A DNA stretch of 64,000 bases. Origin: an uncultured delta proteobacterium (GTDB lineage: Bacteria; Myxococcota_A; Polyangia; Fen-1088). This document shows, piece by piece, positions 10,854 to 21,758 of the stretch. The stretch spans positions 380,719 to 444,718 of the forward strand of contig CAVYGB010000006.1 in the NCBI GenBank assembly GCA_963767925.1, in the 5' to 3' direction. The notes under the pieces were generated by a model. That model was not told the origin of the DNA and did no database searches. It saw nothing but the letters and a program-made list of their open reading frames with translations. The number at the start of each line of letters is the position of its first letter. The first letter of the stretch is position 1. Both the position numbers and the translations under genes were made by a program.

Positions 10854-12127
10854 TCGAGCTCCGCAGGGCGAACTGGCAGGGTCACGGTGAACGCGCAGCC
10901 ATGGCCAGGCTCGCTCTCGAATCGGATGGTCCCTCCATGGGCCTCGACGGCCTCACGGCAGAGATACAGCCCGAGACCGAGGCCACCGTAGTGGGAGATG
11001 GGACCAGCCCGCCCGAACCGCTCGAAGATTCTTCCGGCGCTCGTGGGATCGATGCCCGGCCCATGGTCACGAACCTCCAGCCGAGCACCACCGGCGGCCG
11101 CTCGGACCGAGACATCGATGGGCTTGCCCGCGCCGTACTTCAACGCGTTGGAGAGGAGGTTCGTGAGGACCTGCTCGACGCGGATTCGGTCCCATTCGCC
11201 CGAGACCGGACCTGCTGCAACGAGGCGCAGCTCGCACCCGGCGCGTGTGGCGGCCGTCGCGAATCGCTCGACGACCTCTCGGGTGGCCTCCGCGAGATCG
11301 AAAGACTCGAGGTTCAGGCGGATGTGACCGTGAGTGAGCCGAGAGGCATCGAGCAGTCCGTCTACGAGCGCCGCCAGTCGCCTGGCCGCCGTCCCGGATC
11401 GAGCAGCGCAGTCGGAGAACTTCGGGTGGCTGCGAGCAACGTCCTCTGTCTCGGTCAGCTCCTCGAGCCTTTGGAGTTGTAGCAACATCGCGGTGAGCGG
11501 CGTACGAAGCTCGTGGGCCGCCACGGAGATGAATTCGTCGCGGACGCGAACCGCGCCCTCGACCTCGCGAATCTTCGCCTGCAGCTCAACGTAGAGCTGC
11601 ACGTTCTCCATCGCCACCGACGTGAGGTCCGCGAGCGCGCGCAAGAGTCTGACCTCGCCCTCCGTCGCGCGGTGGAGCGTGGCCCAGTAGTTGCCGATGG
11701 CTCCCACGGGCGCCGAGGTGCGGATGGGCACCATCGCGAGGCTCCTCACGAACGTGGGCCGGTACGCGTCCTGCGGGATTCTCGAATCGGCGTAGATGTC
11801 CTCGATGACCGCGGCCTCCCTGTTGAGCATGGCCCAACCGCTGATGCAGGCCGACATCGGGAATCGATGGCCCTTCCAGAGGGGACTGATCGCGTCCTCG
11901 TCCGCGTAGAAGCACAGATCGCCGTCTCGCAAGACGAAGGTCGCACCGTCGGCGCCGGTGAGCTCGCGCGCCGCGTGTCGGACGATCGCCATGATGCCGT
12001 CGAGGTCACGAGTGGTCGATAGCGCCTGAGCAACCTCGACGAGCCGCTCGGTCGCTGAAAGCTGGGCGCGAACGGCCACGGGCGACCGCCCTTCCACCCC
12101 GGGTTGCTGACTGGCACGTTCGGTCAT
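10850..12127 (-). CDS. GAF-domain sensor histidine kinase
   Basis: GAF (CFYADEDAISPLWKG...YRPTFVRSL), AAHELRTPL, NLLSNALKY, GGLGLGL. Confidence 0.93.
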   Translation of the reverse strand: MTERASQQPGVEGRSPVAVRAQLSATERLVEVAQALSTTRDLDGIMAIVRHAARELTGADGATFVLRDGDLCFYADEDAISPLWKGHRFPMSACISGWAMLNREAAVIEDIYADSRIPQDAYRPTFVRSLAMVPIRTSAPVGAIGNYWATLHRATEGEVRLLRALADLTSVAMENVQLYVELQAKIREVEGAVRVRDEFISVAAHELRTPLTAMLLQLQRLEELTETEDVARSHPKFSDCAARSGTAARRLAALVDGLLDASRLTHGHIRLNLESFDLAEATREVVERFATAATRAGCELRLVAAGPVSGEWDRIRVEQVLTNLLSNALKYGAGKPIDVSVRAAAGGARLEVRDHGPGIDPTSAGRIFERFGRAGPISHYGGLGLGLYLCREAVEAHGGTIRFESEPGHGCAFTVTLPVRPAELE

Positions 12128-15100
12128 GCGGTCCCCCCGGACGACTGCGCCTCGCGCTCGGCCTTTCGCGGCGCGCGGCGCGGGAGTCGAACGACGAAGC
12201 TGGTGCCGTCTGGCTCCGTCGATGCAACGTCGACCGAGCCGCCGTGACCGCGAACGACCTCGCGCACGATGAAGAGGCCAAGCCCAAGCCCCCGAGATTG
12301 ATCTCGCCGATGACGGGTGCTGCGAAAAGGATCGAAGAGATACTGCAAGAGAGCCGCCGGGATGGCTCCTCGGTTCCGGACCAGGATGTCGACCCAGTCC
12401 CCACCTGTTCCATCAAGCTTGACCAGCACCGGCGAGCCAGCCACGCCGTGTTGGCAGGCGTTGGCCAGGAGATTGGAGAACACTTGAAGCAGTCGGTCGG
12501 AGTCCCACGAGCCGCGTAGATCTCCGCTCGCCTCCCGCTGGATGCGCCACTCGGGATGGGCGAGCTCGAGCTCGCCGACGGCTTGACCGCACAGGTCGAG
12601 GAGATTGGTCTCGTGCGGTTCGATGGGGATCCCACCACCCGAACGGATTCGCGTGAAGTCCAGGAGCTGCTCGATCATGGTGGTCATTCGCTGCCCGCTG
12701 GCGACGATGCGGCTCAGGGGTTTCGTCTCTCGATCGCCGAGCGTCCTTTCGCCCTCCCGGCGCATGAGGACCAGCTGCGCCGCCGTCATCATCGCGCCGA
12801 GTGGGTTGCGCAGGTCATGGGCGAGGACGCCGGCGAAGAGCTCGTTGTAGCGGATGGTCTCTTCGAGCCTCGCCACCGCCGAGAAGCGGCTGATCACCGA
12901 AGCCAGGTGGTTGGCGATCGCCCTCGCCATGTCGAGCTCACTCTCGGCGAACGCGTGCGGGGCCAGGTAATACAGGGTGAACTTTCCGAGGAGACGGTTA
13001 CCGGAGACCAACGGAATGAAGGCCAGCGCCCCGATGTGTTCTCTTTGGAAGAGGGCCTGATAGGCGGCGAGCGCAGGGTCCCGATCGACATCAGGGACGA
13101 GCACGGGCTGAGGATTCTCGGCGTCGCGGGACCAGGGCGAGTGGCCCTCCATGGCGCGGCGACACGCGTCGGAGACCTCTCGCCAGGCACGGAAGCGCAT
13201 GACGCCCTCGTCGTCGAACGTCAGCACCGCCGACCGGCCCACCCCGAGCGAACCCTCGACGGCCACGATGGCTGCCTCGAAGACGTCCTCCAGGCGCTCT
13301 GCCGAGACGACGGCCTGGGCGAACCGATATAGCTCCTCCGCTCGCTTCCGTGCCGCAACGGACTCTTCGTACAGGCGGCTGTTCTCGATGGCGACCGCGG
13401 CCCGCTCCGCGAGCTCTTCGAGCAGCCGCAGGTCCTCCTGCGTATACGTCTCGCCTTCTCGACAGCGCGTCGCCATCGCCGTCCCGATGATTCGCCCCTG
13501 TACGCGAAGCGCTGCCCCCATCAGGGCGTAGGCCGGGTAGCGCTCGAGGAACGCGCGATAAGGTCCCGGCGCGCGGGACTCGAGGGACTCACGATCGATG
13601 ACAGGAAGAAGAACGCTCTCCCCGGTTGCCGCGATCGAACCCGTGATTCCCTCGCCCTTCCTGAGGGGCGCGGAGGCAGCGAGCTGCTCCAGCGCGGCCT
13701 GAGCCTCTGCGTTCGGATGTTTCACCGCCGTCAGGCGAACGAGAGCATCCTGCTCGATGAGCGCGATGTTGATGCAGCTGTCGAGCGTTCGCGCGAGCTC
13801 GGAGGTGACCTTGCGTAGCCTCGAGCCGAGGGGGAGCTCTGACTCGCCGAACACCCGCGAAGCGCCACTCAGGACTCCGAGGCGTCCGGCGGCGGCGTCA
13901 GCATCCGCGCGACTTCGTCGCTCGGCGTCGAGCAGGCGCAGCCGTTCGATGGCCTGGGTCGCGTAGCGAGCGACGAGGAGCAGGAGCTCGCGCTCCTCCG
14001 CACTCTCCTCTTTTGCTTCTTCGATGGTCACGGCCAGCGTGCCGAGCACGCTGGCGTTGGCCACGAGCGGGAGACAGGCGACGCGGTAGGAACGTCCCGG
14101 TGTCGCGACCGAAGCGAGGTGAGGGTATCGATCGAACAGGTCAGCCTGGGACGTGATCCAGACGGGCTGGGAGGACCGAATGCAGTCGAGCGCCGGCATG
14201 CTCGGCGACAGATCGAGCGGCAAGCTCTCGATCCGCAGCCTCGCCGTCTCCGAGTACCCACGGGACCTCACGAGCCGCGCCCGGCCGGCCGCTTGGTCGA
14301 TGAGCCAGAGACCCGCCGAGGACGCGCCGACGGCATCCGCGACCCGATCGACGAGCGCGGCGAACACCTCTTCCGAGGACACCGCACCCGCGATCGCCTC
14401 GGTTATCCGCAGCAGCCGCTCGGCGCGGGCTGCCGCCGCCGCTCGGAAGCGTTCGAAGATCTTCTTCTCGGTGACATCGGCGACGAGCGCGACGAAGCCG
14501 GTGACGGCCCCTGCATTCCCTCGCTCCGGGATGTAGGCCGCCTCGATCCAGCGCGCCCCACCGTCGCGATGCGGGACCTCGGCCTCGAACCTCACCTGAT
14601 CGCCAGCAAGGGCCCGGCGTGTGTAAGGCGCGATGGCTTGGTACGCATCGGAGCCAAGTACGGCCCGGAGGTTTCGGCCCACGATCTTCGCCTTCGGATC
14701 GCCGAGCCATCGTTCGTAGGCCGCGTTGGCGAACTGGTAGCGCTCCTCGGCGTCGACGAAGGCGACCAGGACGGGCAACGCGTCGGTGATGACTTCGAGC
14801 TGCCGGTGACTCTCTCGGAGCGCGTCTTCGGCCCTCCTTCGTTCGGTGATGTCGCGCGTGAAGCAGCGCGTGTGGATGAAGCGGCCTTCCTCGACGTAGA
14901 CGTTCGAGCTGATCAGGACGTGCCTGACGGACCCGTCCTTCGCGCGCAGGCGCGCTTCGTAGCTGTGGAGCGCCTCGCCGCGCGTGAGTCGAGCGAGGAT
15001 ATCGGCGATGACATCCGCGTCGGCGTGAAAGTCGGCGATCGGTCGGCCGACGTACTCGTGCTCGTCAAACCCGAGGAGCTCGAGCTCTGCGCGGTTGGCC

Positions 15101-15948
15101 CAAAGGATCGTCCCGTCGGGCCCGACCCGATGGAGCCCCAGCGTCGCGTTTTCGAGGAAGTCGCGGAGCTGTTCCTCGCTCCGCCGCAGCTTCTCCTCCT
15201 TCATGCGAAGCTCGCGCAGCGCCGTCCGCAGCCCATTCTCGAGCTCGGTCCGGCGCGCGATCTCGAGCTCGAGACGACGAGCGTGGTGCGACGGGGTCGC
15301 GGTCGGGTGGAGAGACGGAGTGCCGTCTTGTTCCCGCCTGCCACCGTTCCCCGCGACGACGTGCGAGTGTGTCGCGCAGACCCGCTGAACGTCGGCGGGG
15401 TGCCTCAGGAAGCTGGCCATTGCGTACGCGCACAACAGAGTGAACGGGTGGCGCGCCTGAAAATCGTTCCAGAGCTCCTCGAGGTGGATCGCGGCCGTCC
15501 GCTGGCCGTCGCGCCATAGCACATCGACCATCTCTCCGTAGGCTCGCAGGCGGCCCGGAGCACTCACCGTGCGGGCCTTTGCGGCGACGAGGCCGCCTAC
15601 CGTGGCTTCGAACAGGTCACGCTTCGGCGCCCCGTCGCGTACGAAGGAGGAGAGCGTCTCGTGAGCATCGAGAAACGTGAGTCGTCCAGCGCCCATTTCC
15701 GCCGAGACGTCTACCCCGAGCTCGGAGAGGCGCTGCTCGAAGGCTTCACGATGCGCCGGTGTGGCAATGACAACGGCCGCGTCGTCGCCCTTCAAGCCCT
15801 CCGCGAGAAATTGCGAGACCTCGATCGAAAGCTGCGCGTCGTCTTCGTAGAACTGCACCAAGTGGCCAGAGGTCGGACCCCCGCCGAGCGGTCTTTTGTC
15901 CGCCAGTAGGGCGCCAGCACGCTCATCCAGGGCTCCGCCATCGCTCAT
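12124..15948 (-). CDS. Multi-sensor histidine kinase (MEDS-PAS-PAS-GAFx3-HisKA-HATPase)
   Basis: HLVQFYED...LRAYGEMVD...LLCAY (MEDS); two PAS/PAC regions (RDITE, DVTE); three GAF-like repeats; LAHDLRNPL; GLGLGL. Confidence 0.9.
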   Translation of the reverse strand: MSDGGALDERAGALLADKRPLGGGPTSGHLVQFYEDDAQLSIEVSQFLAEGLKGDDAAVVIATPAHREAFEQRLSELGVDVSAEMGAGRLTFLDAHETLSSFVRDGAPKRDLFEATVGGLVAAKARTVSAPGRLRAYGEMVDVLWRDGQRTAAIHLEELWNDFQARHPFTLLCAYAMASFLRHPADVQRVCATHSHVVAGNGGRREQDGTPSLHPTATPSHHARRLELEIARRTELENGLRTALRELRMKEEKLRRSEEQLRDFLENATLGLHRVGPDGTILWANRAELELLGFDEHEYVGRPIADFHADADVIADILARLTRGEALHSYEARLRAKDGSVRHVLISSNVYVEEGRFIHTRCFTRDITERRRAEDALRESHRQLEVITDALPVLVAFVDAEERYQFANAAYERWLGDPKAKIVGRNLRAVLGSDAYQAIAPYTRRALAGDQVRFEAEVPHRDGGARWIEAAYIPERGNAGAVTGFVALVADVTEKKIFERFRAAAAARAERLLRITEAIAGAVSSEEVFAALVDRVADAVGASSAGLWLIDQAAGRARLVRSRGYSETARLRIESLPLDLSPSMPALDCIRSSQPVWITSQADLFDRYPHLASVATPGRSYRVACLPLVANASVLGTLAVTIEEAKEESAEERELLLLVARYATQAIERLRLLDAERRSRADADAAAGRLGVLSGASRVFGESELPLGSRLRKVTSELARTLDSCINIALIEQDALVRLTAVKHPNAEAQAALEQLAASAPLRKGEGITGSIAATGESVLLPVIDRESLESRAPGPYRAFLERYPAYALMGAALRVQGRIIGTAMATRCREGETYTQEDLRLLEELAERAAVAIENSRLYEESVAARKRAEELYRFAQAVVSAERLEDVFEAAIVAVEGSLGVGRSAVLTFDDEGVMRFRAWREVSDACRRAMEGHSPWSRDAENPQPVLVPDVDRDPALAAYQALFQREHIGALAFIPLVSGNRLLGKFTLYYLAPHAFAESELDMARAIANHLASVISRFSAVARLEETIRYNELFAGVLAHDLRNPLGAMMTAAQLVLMRREGERTLGDRETKPLSRIVASGQRMTTMIEQLLDFTRIRSGGGIPIEPHETNLLDLCGQAVGELELAHPEWRIQREASGDLRGSWDSDRLLQVFSNLLANACQHGVAGSPVLVKLDGTGGDWVDILVRNRGAIPAALLQYLFDPFRSTRHRRDQSRGLGLGLFIVREVVRGHGGSVDVASTEPDGTSFVVRLPRRAPRKAEREAQSSGGTA

Positions 15949-18900
15949 GACGAGCCCTCCGCTTCGCGCCCTGCCGAGCCAGCCCCTGTCGAGGTTCGTG
16001 GCAGCTCGACGACAAAGACGGTCCCTTCGGCTTCTGACGATCGCGCCTCGATACGCCCACCATGGGCGTGCACGATCTGCTGCACGATGTAGAGGCCGAG
16101 CCCCAGCCCCTTGGACTTTCGCGCCTTGCTCTCGGAAGCGGCACGACGAAACGGGTCGAAGAGCGCCGGCAAATCCGGGGCGGCGATCGCCCCCGAGCTC
16201 TTCACGGAAACGCGAACCATCCCCGAGGCGGTCCCATCGAGGTCGAGGCGAACCGGGTTCCCCGCGTCGCCATGTTCAATGGCGTTGCCGAGCAGGTTCG
16301 AGATCACCTGGGCCAGGCGATCTCCGTCCCACTCCCCACCGAGGCTGCCACGAGCGTCGAGGAGAACTTGCTGCGGGGCCGCTCCCTCGAGCTCCTCGAC
16401 GAGCTCCGTGGCGAGACGGTGCAGGTCGACCTCCGCGGGCTTGATGGGAATGCCACCGCCGATGCGTGCACGCGTGAAGTCGAGGATCTGCTCGATCATC
16501 CGTTCCATCCTTCCCGCGCTCGTGCGAATCCGCTCGATCGGCCTAGCCACGCGCTCGTTAATCTCGCGGCGAAGCAACAGATCAGCCGCGGCCGTGATCG
16601 CGCCGAGCGGATTGCGGAGGTCGTGGCCCAGGATGCCCACGAACGTCTCGCTGAACTGGACGGCCTGCTGGAGATCCTTGAGGAGACGCGCCCGGTGCTC
16701 GTCGGCCCGCGTACGCTCGATGCCGATCGCGATGGTCCGAGCGACGGACTCGAGTGCCTCGAAGGTGTCCGCCGGCAGCTTTCGGCGGGCGAACATGGCA
16801 AAGACGCCGACGAGCTTGTCCTCCACAATCAGCGGATAGCCCGCGAAGGCGACGAGTCCCTCTCTCCGCGCCCACTCGGGGTCGCTCCCGCGCGGGTCAC
16901 TGGCCACGTCATTGGTCAAGTGCGCCTGGCGTTCCTGAGCCACGACACCAACCAGGAGTCGCCCGAGCGGCACGCGCCCGTGCGCGTCATGGCTATCATC
17001 GCAGGTCCCGGCGCTGGCTTGAAGCTCGAGCGTCGAGGTCCCGTCGTTCAAGGTCCAAACGCCTGCGAGCGCGACGTCGAGGTGCTGTGCCGCGAGCTCG
17101 CAGGATGTCTCGAGGATGGTCCTGAGCGATCCCCCGCGCGCGAACGCTGCGCCGACCTCGCTCGCGAACGTCGCCTGACGAGCTCGACGGGCCTGAAGCT
17201 CCTCCGCCTCGCGGCTTGCCTTGAGGAGCTGGGCGTTCTCGATGGCCACGGCAGCATTGGTCGCGATGGCGCGGACGAGCCGCTCGTGGGCCTCCGTGAA
17301 TTGGGCTGGCTGGGAGTGGCCGAAGAACAAGCCTCCGAGCACCTTGCCCGAGCGCGCGACAACCGGGACCGCAAGATAGCTCGTCACGGGCAGGTGCCCT
17401 TTTGGCATGCCAAGGTGAGGGGTCAGCTTACCGTAGCGAGGGTCCCTGGTGACGTCGTCGAGCCGGACGATGCCTTCCCCGCGGAAGGTCGGGCCAAAAA
17501 GTGGAGTGTTCCTCGGAAGCCCGAACCTGGCGAAGGCCTCCTTGGGCGCTCCTGACAACGTGTACAGCACGTATGACTCGCCCACGGGATTGGTGGTGTT
17601 GTAAAAGAGCGCGCCAAAATTTGCACCGATGAGCGCTGTCGCCTCATCGGTGACGCGCTGGACGAGAAGGTCGAGGTCACTTTGACTCGTGCCGAGCGAT
17701 TCGGCGATGCGAAGCAGGGTCTCCGCCTCCAGGCGCGAGCACTGCTCCGCGCGATAGAGACGCACCCGCTCCGCGGCGACGACGCATTGGGCAGCGAGGC
17801 TCGTCAGCCAGTGCCGCTCCTCGTCGTCGAACCGACGCGGCTGCTCGAAGCTCATCGCGATCCCGCCCAGCACACGCTCGCCGTGAACGAGCGGAATGGC
17901 GGCGATCGCCTGGTGCTTCACACCAGGTGCCTGCGCGGAGCAGAGGCCGGGATACGACGAAAGCAACTGCGCGTGCGTCTCGATCCAGATCGGCTCGCGA
18001 GCGGCCATCGCCCTGGAAAGAAGGAGCGGCGGATCGAGCGGCAAGACGTGGAGCTGTCCGCGCGCGTGCTCGGGGACGCCACGAGCCCCTGTCAGCTTTA
18101 CCTCGCCGGTGAGCGGGTCCGAGAAATGGACGACGGTGCTCGCGGAGCCGACGATGGTCTCGCTGACGCCGATGAACACCTCGGCTACTTCGTCCAGGCT
18201 GAGCGTGGAGGCGAGCTTTTCAGTGGCCTCCTGCAACCGGACGACGCGGGCGGCTATCTGCTTCGCGCGCTCCTCGCTCTCTCGCAACGCTCGCTCGGCG
18301 AACTTCCGTTGGGTCGTGTCGATGGCCGCCAGCGCGACGCCGCGAGGGCGACCCTGGTCGTCCTCCACCCGCGCGTAGCTCTTCTGGACCCAGACGATGG
18401 AGCCATCCGGCCTCAGGTAGCGCTTTTCGATGAAGAACCGTGAACCTCGCTCGACGACGCGCTGGAGACCGTTCAGCGTGGCCTCGAGATCGTCGGGATG
18501 GGTGATGTCCTGAACCCGGGACTGGAGAAGCTCCTGGGTCGAGCGTCCGACGAGGTCACGGAAGCGGTCGTTGACGAACGTGAACCGGCCAGTGAGGTCA
18601 ACCTCGGCGATGCCCGCTTCGACTTGCTCGACGAGGGCCCGGAATCGAGCCTCGTTCTCATGAAGCTGGCGCCTCGCGAGGACCTGCTCGGTTACATCGT
18701 GTCCCACGACGACGACGCGCGGCTGTCCATCGAGGCCCTGAAGCGGCGCGTAGACGAAGTTCCAATACGTGTCTTCGATGTGACCCTTGCCGGTCCTATC
18801 CAGACGGACGTGGCGCTCGGTACCGACGTGCGCCTGGCCGGTTCGCATGACACCGCCCAAGAGCTCGTCGAGCCCTTGCCCCACGAGCTCAGGGAGCGCC

Positions 18901-21758
18901 TCGAGCAATGACTTCCCGACGATGTCCCTTCCGCCGACGACTCGACGGTACAGGTCATTGGCCATCTCGCAGACCAGCTCGGCACCGCGGATCACGCAGA
19001 TGATCGCCGGAGCCTGCATGAGCACCGAGAACAGCTGCTGCTGCCTGGACTGCACCTCCTTGCGCAATCGAACCAGCTCGAGCTGCGCGCGCACTCGCGC
19101 CACGAGCTCGCGAGCCGAAAATGGCTTCGTCAGGTAGTCATCGGCTCCGGCGGACAATCCTTCGATCAGCGCCTCTTCGCCAGCCCGCGCCGACAGCATG
19201 ACGACGGGAATGGTCCTGGTGCGCTCATCCGCCCGCAGGGCGCGAAGCAAGCCAAAGCCATCCAGGCGGGGCATCATCACGTCGGTAAGGACCAGATCCG
19301 GTGTATGTGCGAGGGCCGCCTCGAGCCCCCTTTGGCCATCCTCCGCGGTCTCTACGGTCCATTGCGGCTCGAGGAGCCGGCGGACATAGTCGCGCATGTC
19401 AGCGTTGTCGTCAGCGAGGAGAACGCGCGCGGCCTTCGGGGCGGGGGCAGCGGTCGGCGCAAACGACGCGGCCGTTGATTCGGCGGCCGTTGGGACGTTC
19501 GCGGCCACGACGTCCGGAAGCCAACGCAGCGCCTCTCCGACGAAGGGAGCCGCGCCGAGGCGCGAGGCGGTTACCTCTTGGCGCATTCCGATCCGCTCCG
19601 CGGGAAGGTGGGCGGAGCCGCGGGGGATCGTGACGGCAAACGTCGTCCCGGCTCCGAGTCGGCTCTCCACGTCTACGGAGCCACCATGTAGCTTCGCAAG
19701 CTCCTGAACCAGCGCGAGGCCGATTCCGGATCCCTCGTGAGTCCTGGCCCTGGTCCCCTCGATCCGGTGGAAGCGCTCGAACACCCGGGGCAAGTCCTCC
19801 GCGGCGATCCCCACACCGGTGTCGCTCACGCGCAACACGGCGTGCGCACCCTCGTGCCGAAGCGAAACTTCGATTCGGCCCTCGAAGGTAAACTTGAAGG
19901 CGTTCGAGAGCAGGTTGAGGAGGATCTTCTCCCACATGTCACGGTCGACGAAGACCGGCTCGCCGAAGGACTCACAGTGGACGCGCAGCTCGAGGCCCGC
20001 GCGATCGATTGCCGAGCGAAACGTGCTTGCCAGATTCCGCGTTAGTTCCGCGAGGTCTACCGGTTCGTAGCTGGCCTGGATTCGGCCAGCCTCGATCCGC
20101 GAGAAATCAAGGAGCGCGTTGACCAGCTTCTGAAGGCGAAGCTCATTACGGTGAACGAGGGCCAGTTGCTCGCGAATGCTCTCACCGAGGTCACCATGCG
20201 CCCCAGCAAGCAGGTCCTCCGTCGGACCGACCATGAGCGTGAGCGGGGTACGAAACTCGTGGCTGATGTTGCTGAAGAATGCCGTCTTGGCGCGATCGAG
20301 CTGCGCCAGTGCTTCGGCACGTCGTCTCTCCTGCTCGTAGGCTTGAGCGTTGGCGATTCCTGCGGTCAGTTGGCCGACGAACAGCGACGCGAAGCTCCGG
20401 ACCCCTTCATCTACCGGACGGTGAGGGTTGAGCCCGGCGATGAAAAAGCCTGCGGGGCCGGCCTGCCCTTGCTGTGCGATCGGAACGACGATCGCGTGTC
20501 TGGGTGGCCGCTGCCATGGGCCACGCGGCCATGGGTGGGCGCTGGACAGCTCGAAGACATACGCCTCTCCCGAGGCGACCGCGGCGATGAATGGCCATGG
20601 GCTCTCGGGATGAGCGACTTCGATAAAGTCGGGCGCGCCCGGATGTCCCTCGTCGATGGTGGTTCGCGACACCAGCCTCGCTCGTGCGCCGCCCTCCTCA
20701 AGCATGTAGGTCAGGGAGAACGGAAAGTCGTGGGTAGCCTGGGTAAGGGTTCCTTCGAGTGCGCTCGTCACCTCTTCGATCGACTGGGAGGAGGCCAGGC
20801 TGCTGGCGAGGTCGCGTAGCCGCTTGATGCGTCGTTCGCCGATCACTCTATCGGTCTCTTCGATGACAACACAGAACAGCCCGGCGATCTCCCCTCCGTC
20901 ACCAGGGGCCGGGCTATACGAGAACGTGTGGTACGTCTCCTCGGGATAGCCACTGCGCTCGAGAAAGAGCAGCAGACCTGAATCCCAGGTGGCCTTCCCG
21001 GTGGCCATGACGTGCTCGATTCGGGGACCGATATCGTTCCAGATTTCGGCCCAGACTTCGCGTGTCGGGCGCCCCAGCGCCCACGGATGCTTTTTGCCGA
21101 GGGTCTGCTGCGCGTATGCGTCGTTGTAGAAGAACTGCAGCTCGGGCCCCCACCCGAGCCACATCGCATAGCGTGACGTGAGCATCACGCGAAGCATCGT
21201 CAGGAGGCTCTGGGGCCACGTGTCGACCGACCCGAGTGACGTCTCGGTCCAATCGCGCGCGCGGATGAGCCGCGTCAGCTCGCTGTTCCCGGGTAGCAGC
21301 GACTCGAGCATCGGACGTCGAGTTGGAGGCCGAATGGGACCGAGGCCCGCATTGGCGGGTACAGGCGGTTCCGAGCGGACGTTTTCCTGGACCGCCTTTC
21401 CGTTTCCAGCTCTGCGCCTCACAACCTCGAGCAGCCGATCCAGCTTGAGCGGCTTGTACACGACCTCGTCTGCAGAGATGTTTCGGAGGTCGCGCGACGC
21501 CGTCATGACGATGACGGGAATGCCGGAGAGCGCCGGGTCCTTGAGCTGCTCGTCGCGAAACTGCCAGCCATTCAAGCCCGGCATCATCAGATCGAGCAGG
21601 ATGAGCGCCGGCTTGTCGGCGGCGGCTCGAAGACGCTCGAGCGCGACGCGGCCGTTCTCGAAGCAGATCGCCGTGTACCCGACATCCTCGAGGAGCTCAC
21701 AGACGCTCTCGCGAAGGGCTTCGTCGTCCTCGACGATCATGACCGTCGCGGCCCTCAT
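15945..21758 (-). CDS. Giant dual-kinase hybrid (REC-PAS-GAF-HK-REC-PAS-PAS-GAFx3-HK), about 1937 aa
   Basis: ATG at 21758 overlaps the upstream TGA; two receivers; two H-boxes (ISHEFRTPL, LGHDLRNPL), each with N and G boxes. Confidence 0.9.
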   Translation of the reverse strand: MRAATVMIVEDDEALRESVCELLEDVGYTAICFENGRVALERLRAAADKPALILLDLMMPGLNGWQFRDEQLKDPALSGIPVIVMTASRDLRNISADEVVYKPLKLDRLLEVVRRRAGNGKAVQENVRSEPPVPANAGLGPIRPPTRRPMLESLLPGNSELTRLIRARDWTETSLGSVDTWPQSLLTMLRVMLTSRYAMWLGWGPELQFFYNDAYAQQTLGKKHPWALGRPTREVWAEIWNDIGPRIEHVMATGKATWDSGLLLFLERSGYPEETYHTFSYSPAPGDGGEIAGLFCVVIEETDRVIGERRIKRLRDLASSLASSQSIEEVTSALEGTLTQATHDFPFSLTYMLEEGGARARLVSRTTIDEGHPGAPDFIEVAHPESPWPFIAAVASGEAYVFELSSAHPWPRGPWQRPPRHAIVVPIAQQGQAGPAGFFIAGLNPHRPVDEGVRSFASLFVGQLTAGIANAQAYEQERRRAEALAQLDRAKTAFFSNISHEFRTPLTLMVGPTEDLLAGAHGDLGESIREQLALVHRNELRLQKLVNALLDFSRIEAGRIQASYEPVDLAELTRNLASTFRSAIDRAGLELRVHCESFGEPVFVDRDMWEKILLNLLSNAFKFTFEGRIEVSLRHEGAHAVLRVSDTGVGIAAEDLPRVFERFHRIEGTRARTHEGSGIGLALVQELAKLHGGSVDVESRLGAGTTFAVTIPRGSAHLPAERIGMRQEVTASRLGAAPFVGEALRWLPDVVAANVPTAAESTAASFAPTAAPAPKAARVLLADDNADMRDYVRRLLEPQWTVETAEDGQRGLEAALAHTPDLVLTDVMMPRLDGFGLLRALRADERTRTIPVVMLSARAGEEALIEGLSAGADDYLTKPFSARELVARVRAQLELVRLRKEVQSRQQQLFSVLMQAPAIICVIRGAELVCEMANDLYRRVVGGRDIVGKSLLEALPELVGQGLDELLGGVMRTGQAHVGTERHVRLDRTGKGHIEDTYWNFVYAPLQGLDGQPRVVVVGHDVTEQVLARRQLHENEARFRALVEQVEAGIAEVDLTGRFTFVNDRFRDLVGRSTQELLQSRVQDITHPDDLEATLNGLQRVVERGSRFFIEKRYLRPDGSIVWVQKSYARVEDDQGRPRGVALAAIDTTQRKFAERALRESEERAKQIAARVVRLQEATEKLASTLSLDEVAEVFIGVSETIVGSASTVVHFSDPLTGEVKLTGARGVPEHARGQLHVLPLDPPLLLSRAMAAREPIWIETHAQLLSSYPGLCSAQAPGVKHQAIAAIPLVHGERVLGGIAMSFEQPRRFDDEERHWLTSLAAQCVVAAERVRLYRAEQCSRLEAETLLRIAESLGTSQSDLDLLVQRVTDEATALIGANFGALFYNTTNPVGESYVLYTLSGAPKEAFARFGLPRNTPLFGPTFRGEGIVRLDDVTRDPRYGKLTPHLGMPKGHLPVTSYLAVPVVARSGKVLGGLFFGHSQPAQFTEAHERLVRAIATNAAVAIENAQLLKASREAEELQARRARQATFASEVGAAFARGGSLRTILETSCELAAQHLDVALAGVWTLNDGTSTLELQASAGTCDDSHDAHGRVPLGRLLVGVVAQERQAHLTNDVASDPRGSDPEWARREGLVAFAGYPLIVEDKLVGVFAMFARRKLPADTFEALESVARTIAIGIERTRADEHRARLLKDLQQAVQFSETFVGILGHDLRNPLGAITAAADLLLRREINERVARPIERIRTSAGRMERMIEQILDFTRARIGGGIPIKPAEVDLHRLATELVEELEGAAPQQVLLDARGSLGGEWDGDRLAQVISNLLGNAIEHGDAGNPVRLDLDGTASGMVRVSVKSSGAIAAPDLPALFDPFRRAASESKARKSKGLGLGLYIVQQIVHAHGGRIEARSSEAEGTVFVVELPRTSTGAGSAGREAEGSS